Of a stretch of DNA of 64,000 bases, positions 56,523 to 64,000 are shown in pieces; the first letter of the stretch is position 1, and each line of letters opens with the position of its first letter. A model generated the notes under the pieces. That model had not been told where the DNA came from. It ran no database searches and was given only the letters and a program-made list of their open reading frames with translations. This stretch comes from Candidatus Nealsonbacteria bacterium (GTDB taxonomy: Bacteria; Patescibacteriota; Minisyncoccia; Minisyncoccales; PWPS01): assembly GCA_003551845.1 (NCBI GenBank), contig PUNQ01000032.1, positions 23,414-87,413 on the forward strand, read 5' to 3'. Both the position numbers and the translations under genes were made by a program.

Positions 56523-57270
56523 ACTGAAGAGCCAAGAGGAAATCTTCAGTAATATTAATTCGATTCTGATAAAGCCGAACTTCAACACCGCCGATCCGTT
56601 TCCATCTTCAACGGATACGGAATTTCTTACAGCTGTAGTTGATTTTTTTGAGGATAAAAAAGTTAAAAAAATAATAATCGGAGAATCTTCAACTTTTTAC
56701 AAGAGCACTGAAAAAGTTATCGAGCGAAAAAATCTTGACTTTTTAAGAAACGAGAGAAGGGTTGAAATTATTAATTTTAATCGAGTGGAACGAGTTGAGG
56801 TTCGAATTCCGGACGGTAAATATCTTCAATCGGTTTCGATTCCGAAGGTTGTTGGAGAAACTGATATGTTGGTTTATTTGCCCTGCTTGAAAACTCATTT
56901 TCTATCGGGTTTCAGCGCATCCTTGAAGCTTTCGGTCGGATTTTTAAATAGGAAAGAAAAGCTTTTTCTGCATGCCGGAAATCTTGAAGAAAAAATTGTC
57001 GAATTGAATAAGATTTTAACTCCCGATTTGATAATTGCCGATGGAAGAAAATGCTTTATAACCGGAGGCCCGGTAAAAGGAAAAGTTGAAGCCCCGGGAA
57101 TTTTGCTCGCTTCCACGGATTCGGTGGCGATGGACTTGGAAGCGGTTAAGACGATAATGAAATTTCCGGACAATGATTTGGAAGGAAAAGACCCCGGTGA
57201 ACTGATTCAAATCAAAAGAGCCGGCGAACTCGGCTTGGGGGCGATTAACTATCAACTCATCGATGTCTGA
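56503..57270 (+). CDS. DUF362 domain protein.
   Basis: ILIKPNFNTADPFPSSTDTEFLTAVVDFF is the DUF362 N-terminal signature. The start is uncertain (ORF-track 56440; the internal Mets at 56503 or 56515 are more likely). Confidence 0.5.
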   Translation: MKILMAELKSQEEIFSNINSILIKPNFNTADPFPSSTDTEFLTAVVDFFEDKKVKKIIIGESSTFYKSTEKVIERKNLDFLRNERRVEIINFNRVERVEVRIPDGKYLQSVSIPKVVGETDMLVYLPCLKTHFLSGFSASLKLSVGFLNRKEKLFLHAGNLEEKIVELNKILTPDLIIADGRKCFITGGPVKGKVEAPGILLASTDSVAMDLEAVKTIMKFPDNDLEGKDPGELIQIKRAGELGLGAINYQLIDV

Positions 57271-57934
57271 GAAATTAAATATATACGTGTCGCCTCATCC
57301 GGATGATGCAGTTTTGTCATGCGGAGGTAGGATCTTGAAAGAAAAAGAAAGCGGTGTGAAGCAGGTGGTAATCAATGTATTTTCAGGATATTACGACGGG
57401 TTGACCCGATGGGATAAAAAGTGCGGATTAATAAAAAAGCCGATGGAGACGAGGATAGCTGAAGATAAAAAAATTTTATCCGGCATGGGAGTGGAAGCGA
57501 TATATCTTGATTTTTATGACCGAGCGGTTTACAGAGATATAATGAAGAGGCCCAGGCCCAAAAGAGAAAGAAAAGAGATAAGGAAGCTACTTTTTAAGAC
57601 CATTGATCAATTTTCGGGAAAAAAAAGCATCTTTTTTCCGGGAGGAATAGCTCATAAAGATCATAAACTTTTAAGAAAAATCGGCCTGCAAGAAGGAAGA
57701 GAAGAGATATGCTTTTACGAAGACATTCCTTATGCTTTGAAAAACAGATTTTTGACAAATAATCGTTATCGAATTGGAAAAAGGATTGATCGAAAAATAG
57801 AGATGATCACCTCTTATCAAAGTCAGATGGAGGGGCTTCTCGGACTGATGAAGATCTCGACAGCGGAAGAATTTATGATTAAGCTGAAAATGCTTCATTT
57901 TGAAGACGGTGATTATTACGAAAGATTCATTTGA
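57263..57934 (+). CDS. PIG-L/LmbE family deacetylase.
   Basis: IYVSPHPDDAVLSCGG is the signature of zinc-dependent N-acetylglucosaminyl deacetylases. Confidence 0.7.
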   Translation: MSEKLNIYVSPHPDDAVLSCGGRILKEKESGVKQVVINVFSGYYDGLTRWDKKCGLIKKPMETRIAEDKKILSGMGVEAIYLDFYDRAVYRDIMKRPRPKRERKEIRKLLFKTIDQFSGKKSIFFPGGIAHKDHKLLRKIGLQEGREEICFYEDIPYALKNRFLTNNRYRIGKRIDRKIEMITSYQSQMEGLLGLMKISTAEEFMIKLKMLHFEDGDYYERFI

Positions 57935-58013
57935 AAATTTGATTGATATAAGATATAGTTAAAGTCAGTATTCCCGAAAGGGAAAGATTACAAGTTATAA
58001 GTTAAAAATATAA

Positions 58014-58886
58014 ATGGACAATTTATTTGAAAAAAGTTGGTTTTGGATTATTTTTGTCGGTGTGGTCGTTGCCGGTTTGATTTTGGTTATAGGGATCGGA
58101 GATGATCCGATCGATGAAGATGCGGCGATAAGAGTCAATGGTCAAGTAATAAGTCAGCAGGAATTGGATCAATACGTCAGTCAGGTATCTCAAGAATTCC
58201 AGATGTACGGAATGCAAGTCGGAGAAGAAGAGGCAAAAAGAGAAGCGGTTCAAAGAGCCATACAGGAAGCTCTATTGAGAGATTATTTGGATGAAAGGGA
58301 TTTCGAAATAGACGAGGAAGAAGTTGATCGTCAATACGAAGAATTAATGACCATGTACGGAGCGCAAACAGAAGAAGAGTTTTTGGCCCAGATGGAGATG
58401 CAAGGACTCAGCACCCGTTCCGAAATTGAAGATATTTTGAGATTCGAATTAAAAATTGAGAAATTAATTGATTCTTATGAAGAAGAAGTGGATGAAGTGA
58501 CGGATGACGAATTGCAAGAAGCTTATGATGATTATGCTGCTCGGATGGAGGCGATGGAAGGTTTTGAAGAGATGGATCAGGAAGTTCCCACTTTTGAAGA
58601 GATGGAGTCCGATTTAAGAGAAAACCTTCTTCAGCAAAGAATTACTCCTTTGATTCTTACAAGGCTCGATGACTTGGAAGAAGATGCGGATATAGAATTC
58701 TTCATCGATTTTGAATATGAAGATTTGGAGGTTGAAGAAGAGGGGATCGATCTCGATTTCGATGAAGATGATGCCGAAGATGTAATCGAACTTGAAGTGG
58801 AAGATGAAGAAATTGACATGGAGGTTGAAGACGAAGAGGTCGAGGACGCCATAGAGCTGGAAATAGATCCTGAAGACTTGGAATAA
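58014..58886 (+). CDS. Hypothetical membrane-anchored acidic protein (SurA-N-like helical region followed by an acidic tail).
   Basis: An N-terminal TM helix and an E/D-rich C-terminus. Confidence 0.35.
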   Translation: MDNLFEKSWFWIIFVGVVVAGLILVIGIGDDPIDEDAAIRVNGQVISQQELDQYVSQVSQEFQMYGMQVGEEEAKREAVQRAIQEALLRDYLDERDFEIDEEEVDRQYEELMTMYGAQTEEEFLAQMEMQGLSTRSEIEDILRFELKIEKLIDSYEEEVDEVTDDELQEAYDDYAARMEAMEGFEEMDQEVPTFEEMESDLRENLLQQRITPLILTRLDDLEEDADIEFFIDFEYEDLEVEEEGIDLDFDEDDAEDVIELEVEDEEIDMEVEDEEVEDAIELEIDPEDLE

Positions 58887-58908
58887 AATTCGGAAGGAGG
58901 GGCTGCAA

Positions 58909-59328
58909 TTGCAATTTATACTTTTTATTATTTTGTCCGGCTGGTCCGTTGCGATTATATTTCGGTCATTATTTTTACCCAAAATAATTGAAAATAAGAT
59001 TGAAAAAGGAGACTTGCTCGGCGCTTACGATCTTTCCGAATTCTATTACGACTTGAATCTTTTCGGCAATCTGATAAATAGCATAGAAGAGGAATATGAG
59101 ATCCTACGAAAATGTGAGACTTACAGATTGTCTCGAAATGAGTTGGTTGAGTTGATTAGCTATATGGGTATTTTGCAAAAACCGAGTTCTGATTTTTACC
59201 ATCTGATAATCGAAGCCAAAAAGAGAAAAGACCCATTTCTTTTAGAAAAGATCAGGGATAACCATACTTCCGCTTCGTGGAAGAAGCAGCTTGAAAAAGA
59301 GCTTGACAAGGTTGAAGATGCCGGGTAG
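58909..59328 (+). CDS. Hypothetical protein.
   Basis: ORF with an N-terminal TM helix. Confidence 0.3.
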   Translation: MQFILFIILSGWSVAIIFRSLFLPKIIENKIEKGDLLGAYDLSEFYYDLNLFGNLINSIEEEYEILRKCETYRLSRNELVELISYMGILQKPSSDFYHLIIEAKKRKDPFLLEKIRDNHTSASWKKQLEKELDKVEDAG

Positions 59329-59377
59329 ACCCCGGCATTTATTTTGCAACGCCGATTAAAAACGATAAAGTAAAAAA

Positions 59378-60421
59378 ATGTACAAAAGATTTCTTTGGAT
59401 TTCTCATTCGGCAATCAATGCTTTCGACAGATGTCCACAATCCTATTATTATCAATATCAATACAAAAATCCGGAAACCGGAAACCGGATTCAAATTGCA
59501 AACCCTTATTTTTCATTGGGGCTTTCCGTTCATCAGACCATTGAAGCTCTTTCAAAGGTTTCGGTCAAGGAGAGGGTTGAAATTTCTCTGGAAGATAGAT
59601 TTAATGAGATTTGGAATGAATTTTCCGGAAAAAGGGGTGGCTTTATTTCCGAAACACAAGAAAATAGATTCAAAAAAAGAGGCGAGAAGATGATCGAAAA
59701 GGTTGAAAAATCGGATTTTTTACAAAAGCCGTCGGTTGATATGAAGGAAGAGATACCCAATATCGATTTGATTCCGGAAGAAGACATAAAATTAGTCGGA
59801 AGCCTGGATTGGATTCAAATATTGCCGTCCGGTGGATTGCATATAATCGATTTCAAAACCGGTAAAAATAAGGAAAAAAATAATTCTTTACAATTGCCGA
59901 TTTATAAAATATTGGCCGATGATAAATTGGACGACAAAGTTGAAAAGTTCAGTTATTGGTATCTGGAAAGTGGAAATAAGCCCACTCCCAAAGAATTTGA
60001 TTCGATTGATCATAGTCTGAAAAAAATAAAAGAAAAGGCATTGGAGATAAAAAGTCACGTTGAAAGCTCCCGATACCCTTGTCATTATAACGGGAGATGT
60101 TTCGCTTGTGGTGATTTTAAGAGAATATTCGATGGAAAAGCTGATTTTTTGGGGACGGATTCATCGGGTAAGGATCTTTACTTTATTTACAAACCGGAAG
60201 ATATCATAAAAAAAGTTATTGATGAAAAAATTCTCGACATCAGGGAGGAAAAAGTTTTTGAAATGAGGATGGAGGGCATGAAATTGGATAAAATAGAAAA
60301 AGAGCTTAAAATTCCCAAAAAAAAGCTTAAAAAGATTACCGATTCGATAAAGAAAAAGTTGATCGAAGCCCTTTCAACCAAAGAATTGAAGATATTAATT
60401 GATGAAAAATTGAAAAAATAA
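59378..60421 (+). CDS. Cas4/AddB-like PD-(D/E)xK nuclease with a 4-Cys Fe-S cluster, fused to a C-terminal HTH (sigma70 region-4-like).
   Basis: The N-terminal Cys (RCPQSYYYQY), a nuclease core (LDWIQ...LHIIDFKTGK) and a C-terminal CHYNGRCFACGDF (CX5CX2C) are present. The tail reads EMRMEGMKLDKIEKELKIPKKKLKKI. Confidence 0.6.
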   Translation: MYKRFLWISHSAINAFDRCPQSYYYQYQYKNPETGNRIQIANPYFSLGLSVHQTIEALSKVSVKERVEISLEDRFNEIWNEFSGKRGGFISETQENRFKKRGEKMIEKVEKSDFLQKPSVDMKEEIPNIDLIPEEDIKLVGSLDWIQILPSGGLHIIDFKTGKNKEKNNSLQLPIYKILADDKLDDKVEKFSYWYLESGNKPTPKEFDSIDHSLKKIKEKALEIKSHVESSRYPCHYNGRCFACGDFKRIFDGKADFLGTDSSGKDLYFIYKPEDIIKKVIDEKILDIREEKVFEMRMEGMKLDKIEKELKIPKKKLKKITDSIKKKLIEALSTKELKILIDEKLKK

Positions 60422-60429
60422 ATTCAATT

Positions 60430-61029
60430 GTGCGAGTCTCGAAAAAAACCGAAAAATTAAAACGGATAAAGAATGAGATAATTTCGCTTGAGGAATCTCC
60501 ACTTTATGCATATAGGACGAAGAATAATTATTTTCCGGTCATAGGTGAAGGAAATCACGATGCCGACTTGATGCTCATCGGTGAAGCTCCCGGTAAAAAT
60601 GAAGCCGAAACCGGACGCCCTTTTTGTGGCAGGGCGGGAAAGATTTTGGATGAACTGCTTCGAAATGCCGGAATAGACAGGGAAGATATCTATATTACCA
60701 ACGTAATAAAAGACAGACCTCCCAAAAACAGAGACCCGCTTCCGGAAGAAATAGATGTTTATGCCTCATTTTTGGACAGACAAATTGAAATAATAGAGCC
60801 TTCGCTGATTGTCACTTTGGGTCGATTCGCTTCCAATTACATACTTCAAAAATACGGTTTCGGTGAAAAATTTGCAATATCTAAAATAAATGGTAAAATA
60901 TATAAAAAGGAGGGCTTGAACCTGAAAATAATTCCCGTGTTTCATCCGGCAGCCAGCATCTACAGCCCGGAAAGAAAAAAAGACCTGGTGACCGGCTTCA
61001 ATAAAATTTCAAGATTATTGAATAAATAG
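60430..61029 (+). CDS. Uracil-DNA glycosylase, family 4.
   Basis: GEAPGKNEAETGRPFCGRAGKILDELL and HPAA..Y are the family 4 UDG motifs. Confidence 0.8.
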   Translation: MRVSKKTEKLKRIKNEIISLEESPLYAYRTKNNYFPVIGEGNHDADLMLIGEAPGKNEAETGRPFCGRAGKILDELLRNAGIDREDIYITNVIKDRPPKNRDPLPEEIDVYASFLDRQIEIIEPSLIVTLGRFASNYILQKYGFGEKFAISKINGKIYKKEGLNLKIIPVFHPAASIYSPERKKDLVTGFNKISRLLNK

Positions 61030-61045
61030 GGGAGGTGAAAAGATA

Positions 61046-61510
61046 ATGGGATCCAAAGAGCTTCATGACAGGTATGTTGAGAAAACCGTTAGAGACCCCG
61101 AGATTTTGGGGATAAATAGTGAAAGAGTAATATACCGACAAAGTTCCCCCAAATTGAAAGACAAAAACAAGGAGACCGGTGACATTTTGATAGTCTGGAG
61201 AAGGAAACCGGAGCTCATTGAAATTTTGATTGCGGAGGTAACCACCGACAGCTCGATTTTCAAAAGAAAAATTGATAAAAGAAGGTTGAAGTTGTCGAAA
61301 GATTTCTTTTTGAAAAAAAGAGAAGAGGCTCTCGATTCAATTTGTGAGGTCATGAGCAAAGATATAAGAAAAATGGCGGAGAAGATTACTTTTAGAGGAG
61401 CAGCCATCTGTTTCGACAAAGCGACCTCCTTTTTTCATGAAGGTCCATCGAGAATAACTTATTATCCGGAAGCGGGAGGATACCTTATCTATGAGCAAAA
61501 GAGCGCCTGA
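61046..61510 (+). CDS. Hypothetical protein (possible restriction-endonuclease-like fold, speculative).
   Basis: GDILIVW...IEILIAEVTTD..K is D...E.K-like. It lies 16 nt after the UDG gene. Confidence 0.3.
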   Translation: MGSKELHDRYVEKTVRDPEILGINSERVIYRQSSPKLKDKNKETGDILIVWRRKPELIEILIAEVTTDSSIFKRKIDKRRLKLSKDFFLKKREEALDSICEVMSKDIRKMAEKITFRGAAICFDKATSFFHEGPSRITYYPEAGGYLIYEQKSA

Positions 61511-61521
61511 ATTTTAGGCGC
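61491..61521 (+). terminator. Rho-independent terminator.
   Basis: GAGCGCC...GGCGCTC is followed by TTTTTT. Confidence 0.55.
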
Positions 61522-61594
61522 TCATTTTTTATTGACAAATGCTTTAACGAGTATAAAATTAGTTAAAGGTTTATAAGTTTTATCAAAAAATAAT

Positions 61595-62338
61595 ATGGAT
61601 TATGGAATAGTAATATTGTTAATTTTAATCGTAATTCTTTTTTTGGTGGTAAAGATAGCCAAAGAATATGAGAGAGCGATTATTTTCAGATTGGGAAGAT
61701 TCTCCGGCATCAAAGGACCGGGACTTTTTTTAATGATCCCGATCGTGGATAAGATGGAGAGAGTCGATTTGAGAATTATAACTCAAGACGTCCCGCCTCA
61801 AGAGGTGATAACGAAAGATAATGTTCCGGTGAGAGTCGATGCAGTTGTCTATTACAAGATAATAGATCCGGAAAAGGCGATTATAGAAGTTGAAAATTTC
61901 AGAAAAGCGACTTCGGAAGTTTCTCAGACCACCTTGAGAGGAGTGGCGGGAGCATCCGAACTGGATGAGATATTGGCTGAGAGAGAAAAAATCAATGATA
62001 AACTCCATGAGGTAATAGACAAGGCCACGGATCCGTGGGGGATTAAAGTTACTTCGGTGGAGGTTAAGCACGTGGAGGTTCCGGAAAACATGCAGAGATC
62101 GATCGCCAGACAAGCGGAAGCGGAAAGAGCAAAGAGAGGAAAAATCATCTTGGCCGAAGGTGAATATCAAGCGGCACAAAAATTAAAAGAAGCGGGAGAG
62201 GTTTTGAATGCGGCCCCGATAACATTGAGATACCTGGAAACTCTTGCCGATGCGGCCAAGGAAGAAAATACCAGCATTCTTTTTCCGGTAGAGCTCTTGG
62301 ATATGTTCAAAAAAATTAATAAGAAAGATAAAGATTAA
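61595..62338 (+). CDS. SPFH/band-7 (stomatin/prohibitin-like) membrane protein.
   Basis: An N-terminal TM helix precedes EYERAIIFRLGRF...VDLRIITQDVPPQEVITKDNVPVRVDAVVYYKIIDP, an SPFH domain. Confidence 0.8.
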   Translation: MDYGIVILLILIVILFLVVKIAKEYERAIIFRLGRFSGIKGPGLFLMIPIVDKMERVDLRIITQDVPPQEVITKDNVPVRVDAVVYYKIIDPEKAIIEVENFRKATSEVSQTTLRGVAGASELDEILAEREKINDKLHEVIDKATDPWGIKVTSVEVKHVEVPENMQRSIARQAEAERAKRGKIILAEGEYQAAQKLKEAGEVLNAAPITLRYLETLADAAKEENTSILFPVELLDMFKKINKKDKD

Positions 62339-62377
62339 TCAAGATTCGGTCAGCGGATCAAATAGCCGGTTAGAAAA

Positions 62378-62408
62378 AAGCCTCGCTAAAATTCAGCGAG
62401 GCTTTTTG
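62378..62408. terminator. Bidirectional rho-independent terminator between convergent genes.
   Basis: AAGCCTCGCT-AAAATTC-AGCGAGGCTT is flanked by A- and T-runs. Confidence 0.6.
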
Positions 62409-62423
62409 AGATTTGCTCGTTTT

Positions 62424-63152
62424 CTACTCATTATCAATCTTGATGTGCTCGTATCTTTCGTTGATCTCAATTTCACTTTCTTCAAAGATCTTTTTCAATC
62501 TTTTTTCAAAAAGATCTTCCGTTTTCCTATCGATGAAAAATTCTTTTCCGTAGGGGTGTTTTAAAAATTCTTCTTTCCCCATATTTTCAACTTCCGGACC
62601 GAATCTTTCAATCGCTTCTTTGAATTTATCTTTTAGAAATTCTTTTGAAAATTTTTCTTCTCGGTATTTTCTTTCGGCGGTTTCTTCAATGTTTTTCATT
62701 ATTTTATTGTAGTGCATCTCTGTCCTTAAGTCCTGCTCCATCTCGGCGGGAGTCCTTTTTAAAAATTCGGCCATTCTTTCTATTATCTCCTTTGTAGTTG
62801 CATCCTTCCCCAATGGGTTGATATCAGGATGAGGTCCTAAAATTAAGGATTCGCTCCGACGCACACTTTTTCTGAAATCTTCATCGCTAAACTTCAAGCC
62901 GATTTCTTCCGTCATCAGGTTTAAAGCCCTTGCATTGACAAAGGCGGAGAAGACGGAATTTTTAATTTCTCTTTTTTGTTCTTCGTCTGCCGGCTCCTTA
63001 ATCTCAACTCTTCTTTCGAATTCCGTTATTTCAACCTTTTCTTCATTGAATCTGATTGCAAATTCTTGAGAGCTTGCTTGAGGACTTATTAAAAAGATGG
63101 AGCTTATAATAAAAATAAAAAGAGCTAATCTCTTCACTAAAATCACCTCCAT
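62424..63152 (-). CDS. Hypothetical exported protein (N-terminal signal/anchor).
   Basis: ORF with an N-terminal hydrophobic segment; charged and helical. Confidence 0.35.
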   Translation of the reverse strand: MEVILVKRLALFIFIISSIFLISPQASSQEFAIRFNEEKVEITEFERRVEIKEPADEEQKREIKNSVFSAFVNARALNLMTEEIGLKFSDEDFRKSVRRSESLILGPHPDINPLGKDATTKEIIERMAEFLKRTPAEMEQDLRTEMHYNKIMKNIEETAERKYREEKFSKEFLKDKFKEAIERFGPEVENMGKEEFLKHPYGKEFFIDRKTEDLFEKRLKKIFEESEIEINERYEHIKIDNE

Positions 63153-63221
63153 TTACATTATAAAATTAAAATTAGATTATGTCAAGTAGAAAGCCCCGTT
63201 AGTTTAACGGGGCGCTTTGAA

Positions 63222-63704
63222 TCAAGGTTCAAAGAGCCACTCCGGCCCTTTAAACTCAACTTCTTTTACCTTTTCGAATTGAAGGCTTGTTTTCACGAGT
63301 TTTTCTCTGAGTCTTCTGACTCTGTGACTACCCCCGTAAGTAAATTGTTGGGGGTCGCTGAGCTCTATGGTCAGTAAACCGCTTTGCAGATTCACTCCGA
63401 CAACCTTTACTCCATGATCCGAATCCCAATCGGACTCGAATCCCAAAGCTCTTTCATACAAATCCAGTTCCGGACTGATTGTGAGCCGAATGCTTCCGGT
63501 GATGGGGGTTTCCCTATCCACCGCTCTGTATACCGGAAAAAGATCATCCGGTGTACCGAGGTTTTCTGTGATTTGTTGGTTGCTCACAAAAATCGGAACC
63601 AATAACTTTGAATTCTCGGCTAAAGATTTTTCAGCGTAGACGGAAATTATCAAACAAATTACAATAACAATAACAATAAGTAAAAGAACATTTTTCATTT
63701 TCAT
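63222..63704 (-). CDS. Hypothetical exported protein (possible GerMN-like domain).
   Basis: ORF with an N-terminal TM or signal segment. Confidence 0.35.
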   Translation of the reverse strand: MKMKNVLLLIVIVIVICLIISVYAEKSLAENSKLLVPIFVSNQQITENLGTPDDLFPVYRAVDRETPITGSIRLTISPELDLYERALGFESDWDSDHGVKVVGVNLQSGLLTIELSDPQQFTYGGSHRVRRLREKLVKTSLQFEKVKEVEFKGPEWLFEP

Positions 63705-63798
63705 GATAATCCCTCCTTATACTTTTATTATAGTATATTAATTATAAAAAGTCAAAAAAGGTTGAAGATAAGTGTCTTAAGCATTATAATCATGAAAG

Positions 63799-64000
63799 AT
63801 GTCAGATATATTTAAAAATATTATGAACCCTGAAATTTTATCGATCACTTTTCTTGGAAACACACTTTTTGATTATCTCGTATTTCTTTTATCCTTATTG
63901 GTTCTTTTTTTGATTATAAAAGTGGGTGAGGGGGCCGTATTGAACAGGTTAAAAAAAAGAAGAGAAAAGCTGAAAAAGGGTAGCTTTCCGGCTGTTTTAA
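63799..64000 (+). CDS. Membrane protein, N-terminal fragment (MscS-like mechanosensitive channel N-terminus?), truncated by the window end.
   Basis: The ATG at 63799 opens a frame to the window end. MSDIFKNIMNPEILSITFLGNTLFDYLVFLLSLLVLFLII is a TM helix followed by a basic stretch. Confidence 0.3.
   Translation, partial: MSDIFKNIMNPEILSITFLGNTLFDYLVFLLSLLVLFLIIKVGEGAVLNRLKKRREKLKKGSFPAVL

Overview
This is a low-GC (~35%) bacterial window with short, tightly packed and often overlapping genes, and its content suggests a reduced-genome anaerobe, possibly of the Patescibacteria/CPR type (inference). No CRISPR array and no canonical transposase or integrase was found.

Main content, in order:
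- The head of a dcw cluster (mraZ, rsmH, ftsL-like, ftsI) with an MraZ-operator-like repeat over a consensus promoter.
- tRNA-Glu(CTC), and two tRNA-Gln isoacceptors (CTG and TTG) that bracket a 2.2-kb radical-SAM/SPASM + GT2 islet.
- Replication and translation genes: recR, dnaB, cysS, dnaX, rplU, dnaQ-like, xseAB, dinB.
- An alpha-glucan/glycogen cluster: GT4, GH57, a eukaryotic-type GT3 glycogen synthase and an amylo-1,6-glucosidase-like protein.
- A standalone OLD-family ATPase-Toprim nuclease whose promoter region is shared with a divergent small gene.
- A NuoF-like protein plus an [FeFe]-hydrogenase HydA, and a desulfoferrodoxin.
- A tightly coupled WYL-like / membrane metzincin / UvrD-helicase-PD-(D/E)xK-nuclease operon.
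- A second UvrD helicase translationally overlapping a SpoT-like HD hydrolase; a Cas4-like Fe-S nuclease-HTH fusion next to a family-4 uracil-DNA glycosylase.
- Two adjacent genes broken by frameshifts in homopolymer runs.
- Many acidic membrane-anchored hypothetical proteins, one carrying perfect 27-bp tandem repeats.
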